From a virus (lineage: Duplodnaviria > Caudoviricetes), in IMG/VR virus record IMGVR_UViG_3300049629_000033, positions 1 through 25,076 of that record: a stretch of 25,076 nt of DNA. One strand, written 5' to 3'. Of the stretch, positions 14,043 through 25,074 are shown piece after piece. Position numbers and translations under genes: made by a program. Every line of letters starts with the position of its first letter. Within the stretch, counting starts at the first letter, position 1. The notes under the pieces are model-generated. The model was not told where the DNA came from. It made no database searches and was given only the letters and a program-made list of their open reading frames with translations.

Positions 14043-16049
14043 TTAGTTCACGATATTGTAGTTCCAATATTTCTCTTGGCAACACAAAAATGGTTCGCAC
14101 TCTTGATTTTCTTCTGGGCAGTCACCAACCGGAGAATCATCGTTGTTCTTGATGTTCGCCATCAACCTTACTCGGTCAACTGTAGCTGCTCCGGTTAGGT
14201 TGATTCTGATTTGGAATTCTGATCCTTCCACCGCTGGGATGCCTGCCAAGTCATTGCACTCGCTTGGGTCTGGCGTGTTAAACTTGTAGCGTTTGTAACG
14301 ATTACCTCCACGTTGTGGGAAGCATTCAGTTACTTTAGGCGAGCATGGATCGCACCCGAATGTCGTAGGAACTTTCAGTTCTGACCAACATGGATTACTA
14401 TCTGCGCGGAACTCGGCTGAACTATTTACTTCACCCTTAATCTCACTCATCCACATTTCGCCACCAGTAATCTTTTTGCGGAGGAACTTGTTGGTAGCCC
14501 CGCTTCGGTTGAAGTCATACCTTCCAGTTGTGAAGAAGGATTCAATCTGCCTGCTTCCATTTGGGCCGTAGTCATCGCCTTGGGCTATGGTGAATTCGTA
14601 TAGGCGGTTCTTGTTGTCTTTGTCAAACGAGAATCCAAATCCGCGTTTCTCGCCTTGGATCAATGCAGTTAGTAATTGAGTTGGTCTGATGCCTGTCCAT
14701 ACTCCATTCCAACGGAAATCAAGTTGTGCGTCAGGGGCTGGTCTTGAGGATTGGTCTAGGTCAAGAACTACCATGCCCCTATGATACCTGTTCAGTCCCT
14801 CTACTCCTTCTGCTCGGTAGGTCTGTGGAGAGACAGTATTGATGAGGTAGTTGTTGAAAAAGATAGTAGAAGCGAATTGCTTCATCCACGGAGTATCATT
14901 TGATACCCACTTGTTCACGTCCCTAGATAGTTTACGTAGGGAGAAGTATCTATTGAACTCGGACTGGGTATTGGAATAGAACGCCCAGCCATCGTGCGAG
15001 CGGAACCAAAGCTCACTATTAACTAGAGCTAGATACGGGCTAGTGCATCCGCGCCCAAGGAGTGAGATGCGCTGGATGTTTGATGTGTTCCATTGTGACC
15101 TTGGTAGAGAGACATCCATTGAGAATGCTCCGTTTCCTGTAAGGACTACTAGCTGACCTTGGCCGCGAAGGTTGTATCCCAACTCTGGCATCGCCTTCAT
15201 CCCTGTGATATTCCCCATCATGGCTGGAGTCGAGAACGCGCCGCCTTCTGCCCAGTATCCTATCTCCGTGAAGTTCTCTGTATTCTTGGTATCGGTGAAC
15301 CCGCCACCATAGATGATGTCAGAAGCGTAGATTTGATTGAACCTATCAGAAACAAAGACTCGACCGAAGGCATACTCCATGATCGTTCCAATCGGCATCT
15401 TTGCCAAGTATGGATTCAGTCGGTAGGCAGGTAGCTTGACTGTCCCTGTTCCGGTTCCCCTTTGGGTATCTGTGATGACTGCCGTAAACTTAACGCCAAT
15501 CGTATTGGATGGTGCGCCGATCAAAGTGAAGTTGGTAGTTCCAACTGATACAATCTCGCAGTAGTCTCCATTTTGGATTTCGCTTGCAGTCAACGTTCCT
15601 AATACTCCATCCCATGCGATTGCATTCTGGTAGCCGTTTTGGATATACGCTCGATCTTCAGCTTGCACGAACCATGTGTGCATCATGCCCGGATCGTTGC
15701 CCTCGATAATCTTGTAGGCAAACGCCCGATTGTTTACCATCTTCAGAAAGTAGATAATCCCAGATACCGATAGCAGGATGCCATCGTTTGTTCTCAAGTT
15801 GGTTGAACGATATGGATACGCACCTTGGAAGCTACCACCAAGAATATCGTTAACGATAGTCTCGGCTTCTCCGTCTCCAGCGATAATCGGGATGTTACGA
15901 ATGCTTGGTCTTGTCCGGTTAATGCCGCCTCGGAATGTCCTATTAACCGACTCTGATACTACAGACTCTGGTAAATACGATGGATGAGTATCTGCGTCTT
16001 GCGCGATGATACTTGTAAATCCATCAAAGACTGATCCTTCTGCTGGCAT
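14043..16049 (-). CDS. probable tail nozzle / DNA stabilization protein (beta-propeller type)
   Basis: 668 aa, beta-rich, with YAFGRVFVS...IYASD, ITGM and GRGCTSPY...ELWFRSHDG patterns resembling P22 gp10/T7 gp12-like nozzles; Cys-rich C-terminus. Confidence 0.65.
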   Translation of the reverse strand: MPAEGSVFDGFTSIIAQDADTHPSYLPESVVSESVNRTFRGGINRTRPSIRNIPIIAGDGEAETIVNDILGGSFQGAYPYRSTNLRTNDGILLSVSGIIYFLKMVNNRAFAYKIIEGNDPGMMHTWFVQAEDRAYIQNGYQNAIAWDGVLGTLTASEIQNGDYCEIVSVGTTNFTLIGAPSNTIGVKFTAVITDTQRGTGTGTVKLPAYRLNPYLAKMPIGTIMEYAFGRVFVSDRFNQIYASDIIYGGGFTDTKNTENFTEIGYWAEGGAFSTPAMMGNITGMKAMPELGYNLRGQGQLVVLTGNGAFSMDVSLPRSQWNTSNIQRISLLGRGCTSPYLALVNSELWFRSHDGWAFYSNTQSEFNRYFSLRKLSRDVNKWVSNDTPWMKQFASTIFFNNYLINTVSPQTYRAEGVEGLNRYHRGMVVLDLDQSSRPAPDAQLDFRWNGVWTGIRPTQLLTALIQGEKRGFGFSFDKDNKNRLYEFTIAQGDDYGPNGSRQIESFFTTGRYDFNRSGATNKFLRKKITGGEMWMSEIKGEVNSSAEFRADSNPCWSELKVPTTFGCDPCSPKVTECFPQRGGNRYKRYKFNTPDPSECNDLAGIPAVEGSEFQIRINLTGAATVDRVRLMANIKNNDDSPVGDCPEENQECEPFLCCQEKYWNYNIVN
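15844..15859. repeat. palindrome variant, ATATCGTTAACGATAG (intragenic)
   Basis: 14-bp perfect core TATCGTTAACGATA; encodes TIVNDI. Confidence 0.65.
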
Positions 16050-16864
16050 TAGGCGTTGACACTCTTGATTACGATAAAGCGCAATGTCAGTGCTTCAGAC
16101 AAACTTCCTCCCGTGATATTGCGGATTACGATGTTAGCATTGCCTGCCGCTGGAGCTACCGCAAAGTTGTATGCGCCAAGCGTTCCACCAGAGATGTGAC
16201 TTACCACAACGATGTCCGTAGCCTCAATAACCGAATTGCTCAAGTTAAAGGTAACGGCAGTAGCGGACGCGAGGGCGGCGTTATCGGTTACGATAATTCC
16301 AGTAGGACGATTCAGCGTAACAGAGTTTGTCTTTGCTCCTGCTCCTTGCGTGATCGTCCCACCTGCGCCAGTATTGTATCCAATCTTGGATGCGTTACCA
16401 TTAGCAAGAATCGTGCTGCTTGAAGTAATCGCAGCGGTAGATGTTGCTCCGCTCACACTCAATGATCCAGTAGATGTAGCACCAGAAACATTCAGCGACG
16501 ATGCTGTAATAGCAAGCGTTGGAGAAAGTGAACCTACAGTCAATGCTCCGGTAGTAGTCAATGGTTGGCTACCAAGATCAACTGGGCCTGCTTGCAGAAC
16601 GCTATTTAGCGTAGCAAACTCTACAAGACCCGTTGAATCTTTTCTCAATACAGTTCCGCTCGCTCCGTTTGTCCAAGTCAAATTACCAGCACCATCAGTC
16701 TTCAAGACTTGTTGGGCAACTGGAGTCTGAATTGTTTTCTGACAAGCAGCAGAGTCTTCTACTACCAATCGTTTCCCATTGGCAGTTGTTTCGAGTGGCT
16801 CACACAACAACGGATATTCCGTGTCGCATGGTGGGCAGGGTGTGCAAGGTGTGCAGAGGCTCAT
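16049..16864 (-). CDS. fibre-like structural protein with Cys-rich N-terminus
   Basis: 271 aa: starts MSLCTPCTPCPPC, has a tandem SLxVSGATST repeat, and ends in a GYxTGAGGTITQ...VTLN...FxLxNSxI domain common in phage structural proteins. Confidence 0.65.
   Translation of the reverse strand: MSLCTPCTPCPPCDTEYPLLCEPLETTANGKRLVVEDSAACQKTIQTPVAQQVLKTDGAGNLTWTNGASGTVLRKDSTGLVEFATLNSVLQAGPVDLGSQPLTTTGALTVGSLSPTLAITASSLNVSGATSTGSLSVSGATSTAAITSSSTILANGNASKIGYNTGAGGTITQGAGAKTNSVTLNRPTGIIVTDNAALASATAVTFNLSNSVIEATDIVVVSHISGGTLGAYNFAVAPAAGNANIVIRNITGGSLSEALTLRFIVIKSVNA
16281..16296. repeat. palindrome copy, TTATCGGTTACGATAA (intragenic)
   Basis: Perfect arms; identical to the copy at 24459. Confidence 0.75.
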
Positions 16865-16868
16865 AAGA

Positions 16869-17123
16869 TTAGCAGTCTACTGCGTCCGCGAACTCTGGCA
16901 AGGTTTTAAGGTGGAGATACGCTTGCTTGATTGGGTTTTCTCCGTTGATGTCGTAGTTGCAGATGTATTGTTGTGTTACAATAGGAACAAGATTAACATC
17001 AGCAAATGACGCAACATTAAAACCAATTTTGATTTTATCAATAATTGTTAATGTTGATACTTTGCAATATGCGTTTTTAACTTCTACACCATATTGCGTT
17101 TGGATTGTTTTTTTAAGTGCCAT
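16869..17123 (-). CDS. small phage protein following the tailspikes (possible assembly chaperone)
   Basis: 84 aa, MALKKTI...AYCKV...NPIKQAYLHLKTLPEFADAVDC, a pattern typically seen downstream of tail fibre genes. Confidence 0.7.
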   Translation of the reverse strand: MALKKTIQTQYGVEVKNAYCKVSTLTIIDKIKIGFNVASFADVNLVPIVTQQYICNYDINGENPIKQAYLHLKTLPEFADAVDC

Positions 17124-17135
17124 AATTTTTAGTGG

Positions 17136-18758
17136 TTAAAATAATACTTCTACTTCTATATTTCCATCAATAGTATCATCTGTTGGAGTAACATATACAC
17201 GAATAGAATTTGAACTTGATATTTGAACATTTGATATTACAGATTTTCCACTTGTTGCATTCCATGAATTTATAACAACATTGGAAATTTTTTGAATAGT
17301 AGATGGTAACGTTATAGTCCAACTCATATTTCCACCAGAAATTAAACCTCCAGAAACAGAAAATGGCATTACTAAACTATGTTTACCATTACTTTTAACA
17401 AACTGGTCAATGTATGTTGATATAACTCCAACTCCAGTATTTGTAACTACAGTAGGTGCGCCTAATGTTTCTATTTTAATTGAGTCTCTATTGCTTGGGG
17501 CAGTTATTACGCTATCTATTCCATTGTTAAATAATGTTTTGTATGCCAAGGAGATTGGAGTTTTGATAAATCCATCAGTAAATGAAAAAGATTTTACATT
17601 ATTTGAATCAATATACCCATCAATAAATCCACTTACATTAACAGTATCTATGCCATATTTTGATCCAACAAACGCATTAGCATACATCGTAAATCCTTTT
17701 GTTGATCCTGCATTGGTTCCTTTTTCAAAATAAACATCTTTGAGAAAAATATTTTCAGCAGGTATTTCAGCAACAGCATTTACAACTGGAGGAGCGTAGA
17801 TCATGCATTCCGTTGCGTTGTTTCTGCATATCATTCCATCTGCATAAAAGTTTTTGAAATAAGAATTTGGATTTCCTACATAACATTCCAAATCAATTCC
17901 AGAACCATAAGGAACTCCTAAATTTTTAAAAGCTGTATTTCCATTAGTATCTGGATAACCAGAAGCTATTGTTTGAGCATTATTGTTTGAAACAATATTT
18001 GTCATATAAACAGAATCAAAGGAATCGCAAAAAATTCCATGTTGTCTATTATATGTTGCAATAAAGTTTTCAATATAAATATTTTTTACAGGATATAATG
18101 CAGGCCCAGCAATTTCTGAATGAATAATAAGTCCAGCTGTCCCGCAATAATTTGCTTCACAGTTAATTATTTTAATATTATTAGAACCATCGGAAATATT
18201 AAATCCGTGCATTCCTCCATCTTCCCCACTTAATACATCAATAATTTGTAGATTTGACCTATTCCCGTCTATTTTTATATTTTCTAAAACAAGATTTGTT
18301 ACAGTCTGAACAACTCCTCCAATTATTCCACCAACCTTAATTACTGGTTTAAATGAAACTACAGAAACCGATCCTTTTTCTTTTAAATTTATATCTCTAA
18401 AAACTTGATTTGATTTTGGATATAATGTTGTAACAAGATATGTGCCTAATACACCAGTAATTATTTTTGCTCCGCTATTCAATGCAGCTTGAATAGCAGC
18501 AGTATCATCAACCACTCCGTCACCAACTGCTCCGAAATCTTTCACATTGACCACATCTGCAAATCGGTTTGCAAGCGAACGAGCAGTTGTGCTTCCAGTT
18601 GCAATCGCAGTTGAACTTGAGATGTTACCAGCGGAGATTGCCCCTACAAAGCTGTTTGCCGTCACTACGCCAGCGTTGCTCACAGTCATCTGGTCAACGC
18701 CACCTACGCCGATGATTGCCTGTGTTCCGTCTGTGGATGCTTTAATGTTTGCGCTCAT
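17136..18758 (-). CDS. tailspike / polysaccharide depolymerase (pectate-lyase-3-like beta-helix) 2
   Basis: VNVKDFGAVGDGVVDDTAAIQAAL motif followed by N/I/G-rich beta-helix repeats; AT-rich passenger region. Confidence 0.85.
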   Translation of the reverse strand: MSANIKASTDGTQAIIGVGGVDQMTVSNAGVVTANSFVGAISAGNISSSTAIATGSTTARSLANRFADVVNVKDFGAVGDGVVDDTAAIQAALNSGAKIITGVLGTYLVTTLYPKSNQVFRDINLKEKGSVSVVSFKPVIKVGGIIGGVVQTVTNLVLENIKIDGNRSNLQIIDVLSGEDGGMHGFNISDGSNNIKIINCEANYCGTAGLIIHSEIAGPALYPVKNIYIENFIATYNRQHGIFCDSFDSVYMTNIVSNNNAQTIASGYPDTNGNTAFKNLGVPYGSGIDLECYVGNPNSYFKNFYADGMICRNNATECMIYAPPVVNAVAEIPAENIFLKDVYFEKGTNAGSTKGFTMYANAFVGSKYGIDTVNVSGFIDGYIDSNNVKSFSFTDGFIKTPISLAYKTLFNNGIDSVITAPSNRDSIKIETLGAPTVVTNTGVGVISTYIDQFVKSNGKHSLVMPFSVSGGLISGGNMSWTITLPSTIQKISNVVINSWNATSGKSVISNVQISSSNSIRVYVTPTDDTIDGNIEVEVLF

Positions 18759-18761
18759 GTT

Positions 18762-20234
18762 TTAAATTGATGGGTATTGAATTGTTAATCGGATTATATC
18801 TCCAGCACCCCAAGTAAACGGAGTTGTTGGCGTAACATTGCCAGCAGAAGTTGTTATTAAACAATAATTGTTAGCATAATTTGTTGTTGCAGCACCAACA
18901 TAAGCTGTTCCACCCGGAAGGTCTGTGCTAACCGCTGAACCTTGATGTGATAATCCACTTGAAGTAGTCGGAAGTCCAAAAAACCAAAATCCACTACCCA
19001 ATGTTGTCGTGCTTCCAATTACAAGTTCAATCGTAGCAAATACAAATCTACCCAATCTTGAATAATTTCCTGTAATTGATCCATTCCCAATGCTTGGATT
19101 GGATGAGGAACCTGTCCATGCGGGAGTATATGTTTTATTCTCAAGAAAAATATTATTATCTATGTCATTTGCAGTGCCTGTAAGATTATCTATAATTGTT
19201 ATTCCGCTTGAACTATTTTGAGTTAAATTTATAGAACTTTCTCTAACATTTGCATTTAATGTTATAGTTGAACCAGATTGACAAAAAACATTTGATCCAA
19301 TTCCAATTCCAGAAATTGCATTTACCCCATCTCCAATTGTTACATCTCCTGCAATCGTGCAATTTTCAATTATAGAAAAACTTGATTTAATAATCAAATC
19401 TCCTGTAATTCGGCAATTTGATACATACATTGCACCTGTATTCATATCAAATTTTCCAATCTGGGATGATGTAACACTTCCGTTAGATCGTCTTAACAAA
19501 ATACCACCAGAAGATGTTGATGTTGTTATTCCTATGATTTGATGATAATTTGTTGCGTTAGATGTATTACCTAAACAAATTGCATATCCAGTCGCATCAT
19601 CTGAATAATAAATATCAGATGTTCCAATAATTCTTGTTCCACCTCCTTCAGCTAACAACCCAAATCCAAATTTAGTCCAAATCGAACAATTTGTGAATAC
19701 ACAATTATCACCAGTTGTTTTTACGCAATCACCTGTAAATGATACATTGCCATAAAATTTTATCCCTTCACACATTACACTTCTTCCAGAAGATGTAAAT
19801 AAAACACCATTAGCATTTTTTTGAATTACAACATTTCCAAGAGCATAAAATCTTTGCTCATTTGTTGATTGAGTTAAATTGTTTGCAAGATATGTTCCTT
19901 CTGGAAAAACAATAGATTTCCCAGTATTAATCGCAGATTGAATCGCAGCAGTGTCATTTGCAACACCATCACCGACTGCACCGAAGTCCTTCACATTCAC
20001 AACATCTGCAAACCTATTTGCCAACGAACGAGCGGTTGTGCTGCCTGTAGCTTTAACAAGACCATTGATATTCCCATTTGCATCTACACTCAACACATCC
20101 TGCGTAGTTGCGCCTGCATTGCCCCGTGCCAGCTTAATCGTGCCGTCTGGTGACGATGGCACTGCCAGAGTAAAGTTTTGCGTTGCTGTCGGTGATTGTC
20201 CTACTTGGACTGCGTTTGCTTTAATGAGACTCAT
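18762..20234 (-). CDS. tailspike / polysaccharide depolymerase (pectate-lyase-3-like beta-helix) 1
   Basis: VNVKDFGAVGDGVANDTAAIQSAI...VFPEGTYL, beta-helix repeats and a C-terminal YTPAWTG...GNYSRLG...FGLP domain. Confidence 0.85.
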   Translation of the reverse strand: MSLIKANAVQVGQSPTATQNFTLAVPSSPDGTIKLARGNAGATTQDVLSVDANGNINGLVKATGSTTARSLANRFADVVNVKDFGAVGDGVANDTAAIQSAINTGKSIVFPEGTYLANNLTQSTNEQRFYALGNVVIQKNANGVLFTSSGRSVMCEGIKFYGNVSFTGDCVKTTGDNCVFTNCSIWTKFGFGLLAEGGGTRIIGTSDIYYSDDATGYAICLGNTSNATNYHQIIGITTSTSSGGILLRRSNGSVTSSQIGKFDMNTGAMYVSNCRITGDLIIKSSFSIIENCTIAGDVTIGDGVNAISGIGIGSNVFCQSGSTITLNANVRESSINLTQNSSSGITIIDNLTGTANDIDNNIFLENKTYTPAWTGSSSNPSIGNGSITGNYSRLGRFVFATIELVIGSTTTLGSGFWFFGLPTTSSGLSHQGSAVSTDLPGGTAYVGAATTNYANNYCLITTSAGNVTPTTPFTWGAGDIIRLTIQYPSI

Positions 20235-20536
20235 ACGATTGTATAGGTGCTGCCTGATGGCACTGTTAAAGTGACTCCGGGGTTTACTGTGATTGGGCCT
20301 GCTGACATTGCGTTGCGTCCACTTGTGATTGTGTAATCAGTTACCATTACTTGGTCATTCTCGTAGAATACTCCAAAGGTATTTCCACCTACTGGAGCTT
20401 TGCCGCCCGTTGTGCCTCCAGCGGCCTCAACTGCGATACGAGCATAGTAAGCTGCACGATCTGCAATCGCATTCATTGCCGCCTCGCTTGGGCCGCATGG
20501 ATTGCATTTAGAACTTCTGGAATTTCCGCAACTCAT
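20231..20536 (-). CDS. short fibre adaptor protein
   Basis: 101 aa with a Cys-rich N-terminus and C-terminal VFYENDQ...DYTIT..NAMSAGPITV..GVTLTVPSGSTYTIV, a motif usually found just before modular fibre genes; ATGA-coupled to tailspike 1. Confidence 0.7.
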   Translation of the reverse strand: MSCGNSRSSKCNPCGPSEAAMNAIADRAAYYARIAVEAAGGTTGGKAPVGGNTFGVFYENDQVMVTDYTITSGRNAMSAGPITVNPGVTLTVPSGSTYTIV

Positions 20537-20541
20537 AGTTT

Positions 20542-20557
20542 TTATCGTTAACGATAG
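20542..20557. promoter_or_regulatory. palindrome variant, TTATCGTTAACGATAG (gene junction)
   Basis: 5 nt before the ATG at 20536; a TTGACA lies at 20573-20568 on the minus strand. Confidence 0.75.
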
Positions 20558-20569
20558 TTAAGGTTTCTG

Positions 20570-21115
20570 TCAAGATGTTTGTTCCACCAATAGATATGGA
20601 ATCGTCTTCTGGTTGTATCTACTCATCTCCGAGTAGACTAGATTTATGAACCCGTCCCATTGCGGCGGGTAGATCGTCTGACAGCCGAGACTGCTGGTAG
20701 TGTTATATCCTCCTTTATGGATGTTTATCGCAGTCCCCATCGAATCACCTTCACCATCTCGCGTAACAGGGAGTTGTTCTTTTGCGTTAGCAGGTCGTAA
20801 CGCTGGGTAGCCACCTCCGGGTTTAGAGATACCATGATTGCCTTTACGAAAGCGATGCACTCCCGTTTTAAGCACCGCAATGCCTTTCTTGTAAACTGAA
20901 GGATCAGTATTAGCGTTAAACGTAGCATGAACGCTTGGTGATAGAAGAATGATCGCATCGTCGTAGATACCCCTGTCGTTCTTTCCTTTTGCTCCCATCG
21001 AATCGAGGTAGTATCCACGAATCCCGACCAAACAAACCAAGTCTTCGATACCCGCTTTGATTACCATTGCGAGTGTCTTTTCCTTGGCTTGCTGTGGTCT
21101 GGAGTTGGGAATCAT
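20570..21115 (-). CDS. endolysin, L,D-transpeptidase (YkuD)-like catalytic domain
   Basis: INIHKGGYNTTSSLGCQTI carries the His...S-x-G-C signature; LVGIRG...YDD...NTDPS N-terminal motifs; coupled to a holin-like gene. Confidence 0.75.
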   Translation of the reverse strand: MIPNSRPQQAKEKTLAMVIKAGIEDLVCLVGIRGYYLDSMGAKGKNDRGIYDDAIILLSPSVHATFNANTDPSVYKKGIAVLKTGVHRFRKGNHGISKPGGGYPALRPANAKEQLPVTRDGEGDSMGTAINIHKGGYNTTSSLGCQTIYPPQWDGFINLVYSEMSRYNQKTIPYLLVEQTS

Positions 21116-21285
21116 TTTCCTTTGCGGATAACGTTGATTAAACCTACGAGTCCTAACCCTGCGACGATGATGGACTCTTGGAGTTCTGGTTCCAGCTTAA
21201 CTCCTACCGCCGTAGCGATTAGGATGATGCCGCGCCATGTGCTATTCTCTGATAGCCGTTCAAGTAGTATGTTTACGATTTTCAT
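21112..21285 (-). CDS. probable holin (57 aa)
   Basis: Not in the ORF track; MKIVNILLERLSENSTWRGIILIATAVGVKLEPELQESIIVAGLGLVGLINVIRKGK. RLxExSTWRG pattern, two hydrophobic segments, a basic tail, and ATGA overlaps at both ends. Confidence 0.75.
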   Translation of the reverse strand: MKIVNILLERLSENSTWRGIILIATAVGVKLEPELQESIIVAGLGLVGLINVIRKGK

Positions 21286-21440
21286 TTCTTTGTTCCTGTT
21301 GGTTGAGGTAGTTCGTAAGTGAACCTACCATATTGTGTTTCTAGGGAGATTCCGAGAGTTTCGCACCCAGTCAAGAATGCCATTGCAAGAAAGGCGAGTG
21401 ATATCAAGATCAGCCCAAGAGCCATTTGTTTTACTTTCAT
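21282..21440 (-). CDS. small lipoprotein (possible spanin component), 52 aa
   Basis: Start re-assigned to MKVKQ (ATGA overlap with the upstream stop); signal peptide with lipobox LTG-C. Confidence 0.65.
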   Translation of the reverse strand: MKVKQMALGLILISLAFLAMAFLTGCETLGISLETQYGRFTYELPQPTGTKK

Positions 21441-21613
21441 TTTTTGGAAATCTTTTGGATCATGTAGATGCAAGTAAGAATACCAGCAACCAACCCGACA
21501 ACAGCACCGCTAAATCGAACCCATGCCTCGACTTGAGGGAAAAGAGAAATAGCAACGCCACCTAATGAAGTGGATGTTCCTATGATTCCGTTAATGGCAG
21601 TATTGTCGTTCAT
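21437..21613 (-). CDS. small membrane protein (holin/antiholin-like), 58 aa
   Basis: Not in the ORF track; MNDNTAINGIIGTSTSLGGVAISLFPQVEAWVRFSGAVVGLVAGILTCIYMIQKISKK. Hydrophobic segments, a basic C-terminus, and ATGA overlaps at both ends. Confidence 0.7.
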   Translation of the reverse strand: MNDNTAINGIIGTSTSLGGVAISLFPQVEAWVRFSGAVVGLVAGILTCIYMIQKISKK

Positions 21614-21774
21614 TCTTCTGGCTTCTCGTTAATAGTTGAGTAATCTAAATCTTTTCGCTTAACTGCATATGTCCCTTCGGGCAATGGCCATGTTTCTGTA
21701 TTGCCATCCCAGCGGATGACCATTTCTACGAAATTGCCTTCTTTGTTAATTATTGCCCAGTCGTCGATTTCCAT
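21610..21774 (-). CDS. probable tail fibre assembly chaperone (54 aa)
   Basis: Start re-assigned to MEIDDWAIINKEGNFVEMVIRWDGNTETWPLPEG; this AI..G.V...I.WDG...W..PEG pattern typically follows Gly-rich fibres. Confidence 0.6.
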   Translation of the reverse strand: MEIDDWAIINKEGNFVEMVIRWDGNTETWPLPEGTYAVKRKDLDYSTINEKPEE

Positions 21775-21776
21775 TG

Positions 21777-24164
<2,388 letters not shown>

Positions 24165-24169
24165 GGCAT

Positions 24170-24185
24170 TTATCGTTTACGATAA
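24170..24185. promoter_or_regulatory. palindrome copy, TTATCGTTTACGATAA (gene junction)
   Basis: Abuts the upstream TAA (24188-24186); 5 nt before the ATG at 24164. Confidence 0.8.
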
Positions 24186-24452
24186 TTACGGGTAGTCGAT
24201 AGACTTGCTCGCTACGAGGGAGTTGTCCACAGTCGGAGGAGTAGTGAAGTATGTGAATGTAATAGTAGCTACAGGATTTCCATTGAGCAAGTATTGCTCT
24301 GTTTCCTTATTGTTGGTAGAACCGAAATAAGTGTAGTCGATCTGGTCGTGCAATGGAATTTCAAACTCACTGGCTTGAAGTGCCGCTTTGTAGATATTGT
24401 AAAGCTGCTGATCCAAAGCAAGATCAGTAAAGCATGATTGAGTGAGTGCCAT
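24186..24452 (-). CDS. small structural/hypothetical protein
   Basis: 88 aa; N-terminal CF..L..DQQLY unit plus an IP.HD.I.YTY...VATITFTY domain. Confidence 0.7.
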   Translation of the reverse strand: MALTQSCFTDLALDQQLYNIYKAALQASEFEIPLHDQIDYTYFGSTNNKETEQYLLNGNPVATITFTYFTTPPTVDNSLVASKSIDYP

Positions 24453-24458
24453 AATATT

Positions 24459-24474
24459 TTATCGGTTACGATAA
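24459..24474. promoter_or_regulatory. palindrome copy, TTATCGGTTACGATAA (gene junction)
   Basis: Abuts the upstream TAA (24477-24475); 6 nt before the ATG at 24452. Confidence 0.8.
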
Positions 24475-24741
24475 TTATGTAACAGGGTTAAGAGCAGCAG
24501 ACAGAGCCTCGTTAGTAAGGAAGAATTGCTGGTCTTCAGTTTTTTGCACAAAGCAATTTTGAGTAACTGGGGTGAGGCCACCAATGGTTGCGAATCCAAC
24601 ATAGAACTGATAGAGTTTGGCGGCATCGCTTGCCGAGTCGTAGCAACCAAAAGAGATTGGTTCAATGCCAGCGGCGGTAGCAATCGTCTGAACGAAAGGA
24701 TAGGTTTTATCGCGGTAGGGTAGAGAGGTAAAGCAAGCCAT
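24475..24741 (-). CDS. small hypothetical protein built from three Cys-initiated repeats
   Basis: 88 aa containing CFTSLPYRDKTY, CYDSASDAAKLY and CFVQKTEDQQFF units about 30 aa apart. Confidence 0.7.
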   Translation of the reverse strand: MACFTSLPYRDKTYPFVQTIATAAGIEPISFGCYDSASDAAKLYQFYVGFATIGGLTPVTQNCFVQKTEDQQFFLTNEALSAALNPVT

Positions 24742-24756
24742 AATAGAAAATGGTTA

Positions 24757-24785
24757 GGGTGAGGGAGAATGTAACTCCCCCACCC
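24757..24785 (-). terminator. GC-rich hairpin; weak terminator or mRNA-stabilising stem
   Basis: GGGTGGGGGAG-TTACATT-CTCCCTCACCC (11 bp, one G-U pair); the U-tract is displaced (TAACCATTTT). Confidence 0.55.
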
Positions 24786-24795
24786 AGATTAATGA

Positions 24796-25074
24796 TTAGT
24801 AGTAGATACCAACAACGTAGGCATTCACGTAGAGTGCGCCAACACGTCCAGCGGTATCCGCGCCCGAAGCGACATTAGCACCAGCGTTCGCATAGGTGAA
24901 CGTGGTGGAGTCAACAACAGTAACTTCCGCCTGCACATCGTTGAACGAGGTGTCGGTCATGCTGGCAATCGTGATGACATCGCCCGTGGAGAATCCATGA
25001 GCAGCGGCAGTAACGATGGTAGCAACGCCCGAAGTGCGGGAGCGAGTAGCGGTGGCTTGACCAGCACCCACAGT
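24796..25074 (-). CDS. C-terminal part of a structural protein (5'-truncated)
   Basis: Frame is open to the window edge; contains the ATIVTAAAHGFSTGDVITI...FN...VTVVDSTTFTY small beta-barrel module common in virion proteins. Confidence 0.7.
   Translation of the reverse strand, partial: TVGAGQATATRSRTSGVATIVTAAAHGFSTGDVITIASMTDTSFNDVQAEVTVVDSTTFTYANAGANVASGADTAGRVGALYVNAYVVGIYY

Noticed and set aside
18513-20051. Tailspike repeat as a DGR template/variable pair or invertible segment
   Set aside because: Differences are synonymous rather than adenine-specific, the repeats are direct, and no reverse transcriptase or invertase gene lies in the window.
20544-20573. TTGACA-based sigma70 promoter upstream of the fibre adaptor
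   Set aside because: The -35 is perfect, but there is no TAnnnT at 16-17 nt spacing, so it is not called as a promoter.
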